Of a stretch of DNA of 64,000 nt, positions 1 through 10,548 are shown in pieces. Position numbers and translations under genes: made by a program. Under the pieces are notes generated by a model. That model was not told the DNA's origin. It saw only the letters and a program-made list of their open reading frames with translations, and searched no databases. Source of the stretch: Candidatus Bathyarchaeota archaeon (GTDB taxonomy: Archaea; Thermoproteota; Bathyarchaeia; Bathyarchaeales; Bathycorpusculaceae); NCBI GenBank assembly GCA_963702095.1, contig OY969706.1, forward strand, positions 2,496,001 through 2,560,000. Reading direction: 5' to 3'. Each line of letters opens with the position of its first letter. Position 1 is the first letter of the stretch.

Positions 1-2274
1 AGACCAGGCGGCACCATAAGAGACATCATTCCTGAAGATTTCCCCAAAGTCTTCGGCACAAACATCCAAGATGCAGGGGCAAAAATCTGGGAATCCAAAA
101 TCAAGTATTACCAATCCTACATCTATGACCGCGGGCTTCTTCCAGGAATGATTTACGAGGTTAAAGACGGCAACCTGATGCCAGTTGTGGTGGATTCTGC
201 GGCTGAGAACCTCACAAAAATCCGTGGCCTATTCAAAGACTGCACCGAAGAGGAGCGGGAATACGCGGAGATGTGGGCTCAACTGCTCGAGTACCCTGCG
301 CCCCAGTTTCGCCGAGCAGCCATCGACATCGAAGTGTACTCGCCACTGGCTAACCGTGTGCCAGACGCACGCGAAGGCGCCTGCCCAGTCATCGCCTGCT
401 CAATCTATGGCAGCGACGGCGACAAAAAAGTCTTGGTCCTCAAACGCGAAGGCATGATAGACGGCGACTCCCAGTTAACTAAGGATATTGAAGTGGAATA
501 CTGCGACACAGAAGAGGAGTTGCTGCGCAAAATCTTCGACGTCCTAAACGATTACCCCTTCATCTTAACTTTTAACGGCGACGACTTTGACCTGCGCTAC
601 CTCGCCCACCGCGCCTACAACCTTGGCTTAACCAAAAAAGACGTGCCCATAGAAATCGGCAAACGCGTCTGCCTTCTGCGCTACGGAATACATATCGACC
701 TTTACAAGTTCTTTTTCAACCGCAGTGTGCAGATTTACGCTTACGGCGGAAAATACAAAGACGTTAGCCTTGACGACGTTGGCTGCGCGTTGATTGGCAC
801 TCCGAAAATCCATTTGGAGAAGGATTTTGGCGACCTTAACTACAGTGAACTCGCGGCTTACTGCCTCCGAGACAGCGAAATCACCTATAAACTCACCAGC
901 CACGACAACGACTCAGCGATGAAGTTGATTTTGGTGCTTGCCAGAATCGCCAGCATGCCCATGGAGGACGTGAGCCGACAGGGCGTAAGCCGATGGATAC
1001 GCAATTTCATGCACCGCGAACACCGCAAACGAGGCATGCTCATCCCAAACGCCGAGGACATCTTGACCAAGAAGGGCAAAACCAGCACAACCGCTGTCAT
1101 CAAGGGCAAAAAGTACAAGGGCGCCATAGTCGTCGAACCCATACCAGGCGTCCACTTCAACGTCGCCGTCATGGACTTTCCAAGCCTGTACCCAAGCATC
1201 ATCAAGGTCTGGAACCTCGGATACCAATCCATCTGCTGCAACCACCCGGGCTGCAAGAGCAAAAAACCCATCCCCGACACCCAGCACTGGGTTTGCACAG
1301 AGAAACGTGCGCTTGAAAGCCTCCTCATCGGTTCGCTACGGGATTTGCGTGTGCGGTGGTACAAGAGTCGAGCCAAAGACAAGACACTGCCTCCTGAGTT
1401 GCGCAGCTGGTACAGCATCACTCAGGGCGCACTCAAAGTTATCTTAAACGCCAGTTACGGCGTGTTTGGAGCCGACAGCTTTGACCTCTACTGCCCGCCC
1501 GTCGCCGAAGCCACAGCCGCCATACGCCGCTACAGCATCACCCAAATCCTCAAGCACGCCGAAGAAGTCGGCATCACAGTTCTCTACGGCGATACCGACA
1601 GCGTCTTCCTCAAAAACCCTACCAGAGAACAAATTGACGACGTTATCCACTACACCGAACACGAACTGGGCATGGGCATCGACATGGAGAAAACCTACCG
1701 CTATGCCGTTTTTAGCAGCCGAAAAAAGAACTACCTAGGCGTCCTCGAAGACGGCACCGTAGACGTTAAAGGGTTAACTGGAAAAAAGAAGCATATCCCA
1801 CTCTTCATCAAAGACGCTTTTAACCAGATGAAGGGGCGTCTCGCGCAGGTTAAGAACCCTGAGGACTTCCAGAAAGCCCGAAAAGACATCGCCAACATTG
1901 TCCGCGAACGCTACAACACGCTGAAGCGCCGGGAATGGACAGATAACAGCGCACTCGCCTTTCACATGGTATTGGGCGATGAGTTGGCAAGTTACACAAA
2001 GACTACTCCTCAACATGTAAAAGCAGCTAGAATCTTGCAGAGCAACGGAAAAGAAATCCGCGCGGGCGACCTTATCAGTTTCGTGAAAGTCATGAAGTCA
2101 GGGTCGTCACGGGGGGGTCCTGAAGATATTTCTGGCGTTAAACCTGTCGAGTTGGCTTCGCGCAACGAAATAGACGTTGAAAAATACGTTGCCTATCTGC
2201 AGGCAACCTTTGACCAAGTGCTGGACGCGTTAGGCTTGAGTTTCGAGGAAATCATCGGTTTAACCAGGCTCTGA
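1..2274 (+). CDS. polB: Family B DNA polymerase (PolB1-like), 5'-truncated by the window edge; true end probably 2293 after a 1-nt indel
   Basis: Frame is open from base 1. Exonuclease motifs DIEV and FNGDDFD; polymerase motifs DFPSLYPS, KVILNASYG, YGDTDS and KKNY. Removing one base at ~2271 gives the C-terminus TRLESFLGA*. Confidence 0.95.
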   Translation, partial: RPGGTIRDIIPEDFPKVFGTNIQDAGAKIWESKIKYYQSYIYDRGLLPGMIYEVKDGNLMPVVVDSAAENLTKIRGLFKDCTEEEREYAEMWAQLLEYPAPQFRRAAIDIEVYSPLANRVPDAREGACPVIACSIYGSDGDKKVLVLKREGMIDGDSQLTKDIEVEYCDTEEELLRKIFDVLNDYPFILTFNGDDFDLRYLAHRAYNLGLTKKDVPIEIGKRVCLLRYGIHIDLYKFFFNRSVQIYAYGGKYKDVSLDDVGCALIGTPKIHLEKDFGDLNYSELAAYCLRDSEITYKLTSHDNDSAMKLILVLARIASMPMEDVSRQGVSRWIRNFMHREHRKRGMLIPNAEDILTKKGKTSTTAVIKGKKYKGAIVVEPIPGVHFNVAVMDFPSLYPSIIKVWNLGYQSICCNHPGCKSKKPIPDTQHWVCTEKRALESLLIGSLRDLRVRWYKSRAKDKTLPPELRSWYSITQGALKVILNASYGVFGADSFDLYCPPVAEATAAIRRYSITQILKHAEEVGITVLYGDTDSVFLKNPTREQIDDVIHYTEHELGMGIDMEKTYRYAVFSSRKKNYLGVLEDGTVDVKGLTGKKKHIPLFIKDAFNQMKGRLAQVKNPEDFQKARKDIANIVRERYNTLKRREWTDNSALAFHMVLGDELASYTKTTPQHVKAARILQSNGKEIRAGDLISFVKVMKSGSSRGGPEDISGVKPVELASRNEIDVEKYVAYLQATFDQVLDALGLSFEEIIGLTRL

Positions 2275-2340
2275 AAGCTTCTTGGGTGCATAACGGCGCC
2301 AGTCTTACACGACATCAATCGCATGGAGACCAAATCGGCG

Positions 2341-2480
2341 TTTTGTTTTTTCTAGTTTAAGAAGAAGAGAAAGTCGCCCTTACTCATCATCTTCTTAGGG
2401 ACTTGGAAGGCGGTTGCTTTTTCGGTTTACGTGTTGGGGCATATTGCAAGCTGGTTGAGGCGTTTTCCACAAGCAGAACA
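2341..2480 (+). repeat. Dispersed intergenic repeat family 1, copy A
   Basis: T-tract, TAAGAAGA/TCTTCTTA stem, CGGTTGCTTTTTCGGTT, TTGCAAGCTGGTTG and CAAGCAGAA. Blocks recur at 37.5, 43.7 and 59.8 kb. Confidence 0.85.
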
Positions 2481-2627
2481 ATAAATTTAGGCTTTTTTGG
2501 AAAAGTTTTAGCAAGAAGAACGTAAAAACCCGACTGAAAGGTATGGTTGATTTAATGGTAGGAATTAAAGTTAAGGAAGAACTGAATCGACCATTCTGCT
2601 TATAGGTCAATCCAATCTTCAGCAGTT

Positions 2628-3413
2628 TTAGCCTTTTTTGATTATATTTTGGAATCGGGTGTTGCTTATTGGGTGGTGGCTGATGATTTTGCCGTCGTTG
2701 ATTATGCAGAAGGTTCCGAAAGCACATGGCGACTGCTGAGCCATCTGTGCGTCTTTCAAATCCACAAGGTTCACATCAAGCCCCATTTCTTTGGCTGTTT
2801 CGATGATTTCCTCAACGTTTTTGACTGAGTAGGGACATTGGGGAGAGCGAATAATGGTCAATCCTTCCCTGTAGCCATTGAGGGGTGGAATGGTGAATTT
2901 TGGGTTGGCGGCGTCTGGGTTGAATTTGAGGGCTAAAAGTTCAAAGTCCGGTTTAGCTGTGTCGACAACGGCAAAGCCTTTTTTGAGGAAAATCTCCTTT
3001 TTTGCCATGAAGGGGCCTTTTCGAGTGACTACGGCTACGCCCTGCATGCCTACGTCTTTAGCCTCTTTTATACATACATCAAGCATGGCTGAAGCGTAGC
3101 CTTTGCCTTTGAACTGGCTTTTGAAGCCTACGAATATGCAGTGAATGAACATGTAATCGTCCACTTGTACTGGGCGATGCGCGTACTTGCCGGGGATGTA
3201 TTCGAGCATGCCCTGGTAGCCGCCTGTTTTAGAAATAAGCGCCTTAATCCTAAGTCCCTTGGGATAATACTCTTTGAACCACTCTATTTTCCGCCTAAGC
3301 TCCAGATGCTTCTCTACATCCTTATACCCGCAGACGCCATAGTCAGCGATGTTTGCTGGAGTCAGGTCGATTATGGTTGTATCATTGTTCTCTGCCAAAA
3401 GCAACTTCCTCAC
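2628..3413 (-). CDS. GNAT acetyltransferase with YoaP domain
   Basis: FIHCIFV and KGKGYAS acetyl-CoA motif; C-terminal SPQCPY and PCAFGTF thioredoxin-like YoaP domain. Confidence 0.85.
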   Translation of the reverse strand: MRKLLLAENNDTTIIDLTPANIADYGVCGYKDVEKHLELRRKIEWFKEYYPKGLRIKALISKTGGYQGMLEYIPGKYAHRPVQVDDYMFIHCIFVGFKSQFKGKGYASAMLDVCIKEAKDVGMQGVAVVTRKGPFMAKKEIFLKKGFAVVDTAKPDFELLALKFNPDAANPKFTIPPLNGYREGLTIIRSPQCPYSVKNVEEIIETAKEMGLDVNLVDLKDAQMAQQSPCAFGTFCIINDGKIISHHPISNTRFQNIIKKG

Positions 3414-3465
3414 TGGAATTAGTGGGACTTGCGTGTTTAAGCCTTTAGAGTATTAGGCACCGCTT

Positions 3466-4329
3466 CTAGGAGAACAGCTGAATAAGTAAACCCAGCAAAG
3501 TGAATAATGCCACTATACAGGAGATGATGATTACGACTCGGCGTTCAGTTAAGGGTCGATGGTAAACAATTGTTGTTACGAGGCTCTTGCGGCTATCCGA
3601 GCACAGTTTCTTTCCGTCGAATGTGACGGCGGCTTTTTTGCGGACAAAAAACACTGATAGCAAGATGATTGAGGAGTTGAATATGAAGGGTAACATCGAA
3701 AACAGCAGGTTCACTTTCATATCGGAGATAACGGCAAAGGAGGCTATGGTCATGCCGATGGCAAACGACCCCGTGTTGCCCACAAAGATTTTGCCGGACA
3801 CGTTTAAGGCTGCGAGCACCAGCCAGAACAGTAGGGGTCCCAGCATCAGTAGCCAGTTGGGTGAGAACACCATTAAGCCAGCGATGACTATGGCGGGGCA
3901 AACTGTTTCAAGCCCGTTTAATCCGCCGAGTTGATTTACCGTGTTAGTTACAATCATGACAATGAGCGGGATTATGATGTAGAAGTAGGCTATGCCGAAG
4001 TCTATAGCTCCTACAAACGGGAGCGTTATGGAAGTTCTTGCACCCACAGTCTGCGCATAATAGATTAGGGGTAACGCAGCGATTAGGGGCATGAAGGCTT
4101 TGTAACGCCATTTCAAATCGATCCAGTCATCCATCATACCCATGAAGCCGCCGAAGAGGATACATGCGGCTAAGGTAAAAGCTGCAGATACTGGTTCAGG
4201 GTTAGAATTTTTTTGTAAGAAATAGACTAAAAAGAGGTAGACGGTGGTGAATAGGACGTAAAAAACGCCTAAACCGTTGGGGATTAAAGGTTTGCCGACT
4301 TTGTGTTGGTCGGGAACCCTCGGGAACAC
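3466..4329 (-). CDS. aglH: UDP-GlcNAc:dolichyl-phosphate GlcNAc-1-P transferase (MraY/GPT family); start uncertain
   Basis: Polytopic membrane protein with MMDDW, TNTVNQLGGLNGLE and KIFVGNTGS motifs; directly downstream of aglB. Confidence 0.8.
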   Translation of the reverse strand: MFPRVPDQHKVGKPLIPNGLGVFYVLFTTVYLFLVYFLQKNSNPEPVSAAFTLAACILFGGFMGMMDDWIDLKWRYKAFMPLIAALPLIYYAQTVGARTSITLPFVGAIDFGIAYFYIIIPLIVMIVTNTVNQLGGLNGLETVCPAIVIAGLMVFSPNWLLMLGPLLFWLVLAALNVSGKIFVGNTGSFAIGMTIASFAVISDMKVNLLFSMLPFIFNSSIILLSVFFVRKKAAVTFDGKKLCSDSRKSLVTTIVYHRPLTERRVVIIISCIVALFTLLGLLIQLFS

Positions 4330-4342
4330 TGTAGCCGCTTCC

Positions 4343-6635
4343 TTATGAGGGCGGGGTTATTCCGTTGTCTGCGTCGTATGCTGCCCAGTCGATGGAGTAG
4401 ATGGCGACAATCGGTACTAGTCCGCCGTACTGTGTTGGCGATATGTTGAGACCTGCGAAGTATGCCATGTGGAAGTATGTTGGCACAGTGGCTTGTTCTG
4501 AGGGCTGGACTGTGTATGAACCTTGTTGTGTGATAACTGTGCTGTACAATACCAATGCATAGTTCAGTAGTTCTTCTACAGTGCAGTTTAAGCCACGGTC
4601 GTTCCATTGCCACTGGTTAGTCGAGGTACTAGTGGAGCCAAAGGATGTTTCATTATACCACATGTCGTCTGCGCTGATGAAGCCTTGGTTGATGAATCTT
4701 TGCCGGTCTTCGCCTGAAATCCTTGCCATCCACATCCACTTGCCCTCGTCTCCGTATCCAACGGGATACGCGGTAAATGTGTTGCTGCTGGTACTCGACT
4801 GTGACATTCCAATGACTAGGAAGACAGCCATGTATTTAACGCGGTCCTGTCCGTAGGTGGAGAGCATAGCTAAGGTTTGATTCTCAGTACCCATGAATGC
4901 GAAACCCAAGTTTTCTATTTGCGTACCGTTGACGGTGGTGTTGTCTGCGATGCTTGTGACGTTTCCTATGTCACTTAACCAGTTGCCGTAGTCCCACCAC
5001 ATTGCCACTACATCTGTTGATTGAGCGTTATCTCTTAGCCAGCCTAGGGCATCGGTCCATGCGGTGACCGGCGCGGTTAGGCTACTTCCGCCTAGCGGGA
5101 GGCTTGAGGCGCTGATTGCTGTGGGAGTGTAGGCTTGCGAGATGGTTCTCGGCATGCCTGTGCCTGTTTGAGGCGAAAACGCCAGGTTTGAAACCAAGAG
5201 TATGAATATGACTAGGATTGCGATTCCACTGAATTCTTTGCTGACCCGTGGCAGTTTTCGTTTTGATTTCGCCAGCGTCTTTGAAGACTCTCTTAGCAGG
5301 TTAAAGAAGGGTTTTGTTGTTGTGATTATGCCTATGGCCGCGATGATTGCGAATGCCGGAGCAAAGATGACTAGGCAACCGAACCATTGAGGTGGCGAAG
5401 TACAGTGAAGTTGCCCCGAAGAGTAGCAGGAATATGTTTCGGTTAGTCGGTTTTTTAATGGTGAAGTAGAGACCGACGAGGAAGAACAGGACGCTAATGC
5501 CTAATTCGATGTAGATGTTGCCCCAAGCAGATATTCTCTGTTCAGCCACTGAGTCAATTAGAGGCGAAGACGCCCTGATGAAGGGGTCTAAGACAGTGAT
5601 GAATTTTCCTGTCAGGTTTTCTAGTCGACCAGTTAATGCTAAGACACCAAAGCCGCCTGCCGCTGCAGCTAAGGCAACTATGCCTATTGTGAGTTTGCTT
5701 TTTGCTGAGATATTGTTTCTGAGCAGCTCCGCCACTATCAACACCAGAAATATACCGGCGACTGGAAGAATTGCGCCCGACGTGATGTAGTTGAGGGATA
5801 TGTAGGGCACCTGCATACCTATGAAGAGGGCTAACCCGAAGGTTATGCTGTAGCTAATGAGCATTCTTGGGTTGTATCTTTTGAGGAGAACCAAGACAAA
5901 CACGAAGAGGGCCGCTAAATCGATTATGTAGTATGCTGCACCCCAACCCGCGATAAAGTATGCTAAGGATAAACCGGCGCCAACGGCATATAAAATAGAT
6001 GCTCTAAGTGATCGGTTGCCATCTAAAGTGCGCATGAATAGGAAAATGAACAAGACTAAGCCCAAGATACCGGGGATTTCTGTGTCATAAAAGCCCAGTG
6101 AGCTTCTCTGCACAAAAGAAGGTGCTAACGCAAGGAATAAGGCTGCGAATAAGCCGACTGCTTTTCCGCCCATGTCTTTACCTACAAAGTAAAGGATCAA
6201 GCATGATAGAGCTGCGATGGCTGCGGGAAGAATAGCGCAGAAAGTCATCAAATCTACATGACCGAAGACTGAGACGATTGCGTAGATTGCTGCTCCCGTC
6301 ATAGGCAGCGCTGGAAGTGAAGTGGACATGTCCAATCCGTTCGGGAACCACTTCATTGTGTTAATCCAGTGTGTTGGATAGTAGGGTGAAAGCAACCCGT
6401 TGTTTATCATGTGTTGGGTGATGCTGTACTGGTAGTAGGGGTCAAACTCGTTAAGGTAGGAGGTGCCGGATGCAAGGTTTTCCCAGCGTAGAGGTAGAAT
6501 GCGAACGGTGAAGGCTACAAAGAGTATTAAAACCAAAGCCGAAATGGCAAGGATGGTGCCGTGGCTTATATTTATGCCGAACCTGTCGAATCCTGAGAAG
6601 CTCTTGCCTAGTCTCTCCTTGATTGTTTCCCCCAA
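4343..6635 (-). CDS. aglB: Oligosaccharyltransferase AglB/STT3, split by a 1-nt frameshift at ~5374
   Basis: EFDPYY, GFYDTE and SVAEQ in ORF 5301-6635; WWDYG and DNTT in ORF 4343-5197. Removing one base restores SMVRLLVIFAPAFAIIAAIG. Confidence 0.93.
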
Positions 6636-7246
6636 CTTAAGCCATCTCTCTTTCCAATGTATATTCAGATTGTACTATTTTACACATTAGGGGTTTATTT
6701 ATGGCTTTCCAAAACTTATCGGCAGTATCTCTAATGATCACTATAGTTTAGATATGCATTTTTGCTTGACAATTATTGATTTCAGTATTCCTTACAAGAG
6801 GATTTTCTTATTTCCCCCCAACTTGCCCTTATACAGCCCCCAAATTATCGTGAAAAGAACAAAACCTGCCCCAATATGCATACGCAGTTTAACCCTGTTT
6901 TGGACAGACACTGCAATACCCAAAACCCACTTTTTAAATTCAACGTTTGTTTGCGGGTTTAACTTCTACCTCAAGGGGCAACAATGACAGTTTCCTGCCA
7001 CACTTTGGGCATTTTCCGCCATGCTGCTGGATAATTTCATCCGGCGGCGCTAAGCTCCAAACCTTCATATAAAACAAAACTACAACCGTGACAAATGACT
7101 CGTTGCGGCACCCACTTATCCCCCGATACTTACACGGATATGGGCTATTTATTGGTTGCTAAAAGACCATAGGTTAACGTTTACTGCAGAGCGTCTGTAA
7201 AGCTTTTAATGAACAAAGGCTTCAGGATGAATAGGTTTGGAACCGA

Positions 7247-9322
7247 TTGGAAAAGTACACGCTGATAATAACTGAAAAACCCGATGCAGCCAACCGTATA
7301 GCCACTGCTCTGGACCAAGACGGCAAACCTCAGAAGCTAAACCGAAGCGGCGTCCCCTACTATGTGGCGCATCGAAACGGCTGCATAACGGTTGTTCCCG
7401 CAATCGGACACCTCTACACAATCACCAGCAAACAGAGGGCTAATCGGGATTACCCTGTTTTCGAGTACAAGTGGGTGCCACGCTATGCTGCTGAACGGGG
7501 AGCCTCAAGGATTCGCAGTTGGCTAAAAGTTATCTCTGAATTGGCAAGTGACGCTGAAGCATTTGTTGATGGCTGCGACTACGATATTGAAGGCAGCATC
7601 ATAGGCTACACCATCCTCAAATACGCCTGTAGCGAAAAACAAACCGTTGCTAAACGGATGAAATACTCCACCCTCACCACTGAGGAAATCCAAGAATCCT
7701 ACTCTAACTTGCTGCCGAAACTGGATTTTGCACTTGTCGAAGCCGGGTTAACCCGCCATGAAGTCGACTGGCTCTACGGCATAAACCTCTCCAGAGCCCT
7801 CACCCAAGCAGCAAAAGAGTGCAGTGGACAATACGCCACGCTTAGCACGGGCAGAGTGCAGGGTCCAACCCTTAGATTCTTAGAGGAACGAGAAAAAGAA
7901 ATCCAGACCTTCGTGCCCACACCGTATTGGAGCTTAACCGCAAAAATAAGCATAGGCGACACCGACTTCGATGTGGGTTACGAGAAAACGCTTGACACTT
8001 CAGCGGAGGCAACGGCGTTGCGTGAAGCCTGCAAGACCAAAACAGGCAAAATCGAAACCGTGGAAACCAGCGAGTTCACTGTGGCGCCGCCGGTGCCTTT
8101 TGATTTGGGCGCCTTGCAGAGTGAAGCCTACAGGCTCTTCCACTACACACCCATGCGCACCTCCAACCTACTCCAACACCTCTACCTTGCCGCTTTGATT
8201 TCTTATCCGAGGACCAGCAGCCAAAAACTGCCGCCCTCAATCGGCTACAAAACAATACTAAAAAAACTGGGCAAAGCCTCCGCCTACGCTAAATCCACCT
8301 TTGAACTGCTCTCAAAATCAGATTTAAAGCCCAATGAAGGCAAAAAAATCGATCCAGCTCACCCCGCCATCTACCCCACGGGCAATCTGCCCCAGAAACC
8401 CCTAGACACGGCAGAAAAGAACCTCTTTGACTTGGTGGTTAAACGGTTTTTATCAGTTTTCGGCGAGCCTGCGATACGTCAAAGCGTCAACGTTGCGGTC
8501 AGCCTCAACGGTTACCCCTTTAGGTTTAGCTTGGCGCGGACGCTTATGGAGGGATGGTTTAGGTATTACCGCCCCTATGTACAGGTGAAAGACGATGTTT
8601 TGCCGCCCCTCACGGAAGGAGCCCCAGTCAAAGTTAAGCGTGTCACTGTAAAGGAGCATTTTACTCAGCCATCCCCCAGATACAACCCTCGAAGTCTGCT
8701 CCTGAAAATGGAGAAGGAAGAAATCGGAACCAAAGCCACCCGAGCCTCAACCATCCAAACCCTCCAAGAACGCAAATACATAATGGGAACCGACAAAATA
8801 GTGGTCAGCGACATAGGCTTCGAAGTCACAGAAGTGCTTGAAAGGTACTGTCCAACGGTGGTTTCTTCGGAGATGACGCGGGCGCTGGAGGAAAAAATGG
8901 AGGCTATTCAGCAGGGTAGAGAAACAAAACAGGGCACCCTCCAAAACGCGCTCGAAACCCTAAAACTGGTGACTCAAGAGCTCAAAGCTAACGAGGGGGC
9001 GATTGGAACTCAGCTAACTTCCGCTCTTAGGGAGGCACGGTTGAGGGAGCGTTCGGTTGGGGTTTGCCAAAAATGTGGCAGTGGACAACTGGTTATTCTG
9101 CGCTCAAAAAAATCCGGGAAACGTTTTGTGGGCTGCACAAACTACTTTGGCGGTAAATGCAATGCGGCTTATCCATTGCCTCAAACTGGCATGGTTAAAC
9201 CGTTGGGTTCCGTCTGCAAAACCTGCGGTGCACCGCTCATAGCGGTTTATTCCAAGGGTCGGATGCCTTGGCGGTTCTGTCTAAACCCTGCCTGCCCCTC
9301 GAAAGGAGAGAAGAAAATTTGA
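7247..9322 (+). CDS. topA: Type IA DNA topoisomerase (archaeal TopA)
   Basis: TOPRIM motifs ITEKP and CDYDIEG, STGRVQ, catalytic ISYPRT, C-terminal Zn ribbons. Confidence 0.95.
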   Translation: MEKYTLIITEKPDAANRIATALDQDGKPQKLNRSGVPYYVAHRNGCITVVPAIGHLYTITSKQRANRDYPVFEYKWVPRYAAERGASRIRSWLKVISELASDAEAFVDGCDYDIEGSIIGYTILKYACSEKQTVAKRMKYSTLTTEEIQESYSNLLPKLDFALVEAGLTRHEVDWLYGINLSRALTQAAKECSGQYATLSTGRVQGPTLRFLEEREKEIQTFVPTPYWSLTAKISIGDTDFDVGYEKTLDTSAEATALREACKTKTGKIETVETSEFTVAPPVPFDLGALQSEAYRLFHYTPMRTSNLLQHLYLAALISYPRTSSQKLPPSIGYKTILKKLGKASAYAKSTFELLSKSDLKPNEGKKIDPAHPAIYPTGNLPQKPLDTAEKNLFDLVVKRFLSVFGEPAIRQSVNVAVSLNGYPFRFSLARTLMEGWFRYYRPYVQVKDDVLPPLTEGAPVKVKRVTVKEHFTQPSPRYNPRSLLLKMEKEEIGTKATRASTIQTLQERKYIMGTDKIVVSDIGFEVTEVLERYCPTVVSSEMTRALEEKMEAIQQGRETKQGTLQNALETLKLVTQELKANEGAIGTQLTSALREARLRERSVGVCQKCGSGQLVILRSKKSGKRFVGCTNYFGGKCNAAYPLPQTGMVKPLGSVCKTCGAPLIAVYSKGRMPWRFCLNPACPSKGEKKI

Positions 9323-9549
9323 AATGCAAAATCTGTAGCCGTGAGGCACAACAAAACGGTTATTGTATACTTCACAATAGAGCTTACCAAAATATATTGG
9401 ATAAATATAAAACATGGCAGAAAGCATCTGGGGTTACGTGGAACCAGTATTTGGCTGCGGTTCAGAAAAATTCATTAACTGGAGAATGGGCTAAAGAAGT
9501 AGTAAATCAGGTAATTGAGGAAGAGAGCAAAAAATGTCAGGTAAAATAA
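9319..9549 (+). CDS. Small CxxC...CxxH zinc-finger hypothetical protein
   Basis: TTG start overlaps the topA stop; MKCKICSRE...YCILH. Confidence 0.7.
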   Translation: MKCKICSREAQQNGYCILHNRAYQNILDKYKTWQKASGVTWNQYLAAVQKNSLTGEWAKEVVNQVIEEESKKCQVK

Positions 9550-9956
9550 AGAAAAGCACAGAAGATATGTCCTTTTCGCTAAGCCGATGGTTCCGTAAAT
9601 TATCGACAAACGCACCCTCAACTTCCGTATTAACTGTGGTGCTAATTTCATATGCGATTTTCCTCTTCGGCGGAGGCTTATTCACCCTCATTAACCAGCC
9701 GCTTGCCTCAATCTACGTTAACAACAGATTCTACTTCCTCTACCCAGACATAAGCAACCAATTCGTAGCTGACACCATCATTTCAGCATTCCTTTATGCG
9801 TTGGGTTTTGTGGGTTTATTAGCTATCTATCAAAGCGCGAAGAGCGCCAATAAACCCCGACAGGCATATATGCTGCTAATAGTGGGCATAACTTTCCTGT
9901 TGCTCTCCTACATATTCCTCGAAGGCGCGATTCAGTTCAAAATTAACCCCAGTTAA
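9534..9956 (+). CDS. OST3/OST6/DC2(OSTC)-like membrane protein
   Basis: Three predicted TM segments with a GGG-x6-P...FL-x5-NQF-x2-D pattern resembling eukaryotic DC2. Confidence 0.65.
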   Translation: MSGKIKKSTEDMSFSLSRWFRKLSTNAPSTSVLTVVLISYAIFLFGGGLFTLINQPLASIYVNNRFYFLYPDISNQFVADTIISAFLYALGFVGLLAIYQSAKSANKPRQAYMLLIVGITFLLLSYIFLEGAIQFKINPS

Positions 9957-10016
9957 TCAAGCGGTTTTTTCTCCGCTAAAAAATCTTTTTGCTCTATTCT
10001 GTTGAAGATTTTTGTT

Positions 10017-10535
10017 TTACCAGGGATGTTTCTTCAATTTCAACTTGTACGCTAAGTAGTTAGTGAACAAGTGAATCGGCGGCGTAATCAACAGCGCAGT
10101 TAGAGCCACCGGCCAAGTTATACTCAGCAAACCCGTCACGGCTAGGGGAATTGAAAACACAACGGCGCCCACCACAAAGTCAATCTGGTCCACAACAGGC
10201 AGTAAACCGCCTGGGGCAATGTCGAGTCTACGTTTAATGAAGGCGCCTGTTAAGTCGCCGAGTAAGGCGCCCAGCGGAATCAACAAACTAAACAGCACAG
10301 GATAATTGTCGAAGCCGAAAACGAAGCCTTCCACAATGCCCACCAAGAAACCGACGCCCCAGCCGAAGAAGAAGCCGCGGAAAGTTTTGTTGTTGCCGAA
10401 GACACGTTTGCCGTCGATGAAGTTTCTGCCAAAATCCATTTTTGTGCCGCCTCCAGCCAAGACAGGGGTGCCGTTGGCGCAGTAGGCGGGAAAAATGAAT
10501 TTCAGGGCTTCAACTATTAGCAACGCGACATCCAT
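10017..10535 (-). CDS. carS: CDP-archaeol synthase
   Basis: PAYCANGTPV, DFGRNFIDGKRVFGNNKTFRG, GDLTGAFIKRR, DQIDF, KLKKHPW. Confidence 0.95.
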   Translation of the reverse strand: MDVALLIVEALKFIFPAYCANGTPVLAGGGTKMDFGRNFIDGKRVFGNNKTFRGFFFGWGVGFLVGIVEGFVFGFDNYPVLFSLLIPLGALLGDLTGAFIKRRLDIAPGGLLPVVDQIDFVVGAVVFSIPLAVTGLLSITWPVALTALLITPPIHLFTNYLAYKLKLKKHPW

Positions 10536-10548
10536 GGGGTTTCAACCG

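Noticed and set aside
4343-6635. aglB as a naturally split gene or pseudogene
   Set aside because: One base restores a continuous protein, and similar indels occur throughout the window.
6636-7246. Possible replication origin
   Set aside because: No ORB-like repeats and no adjacent cdc6/orc1 gene.
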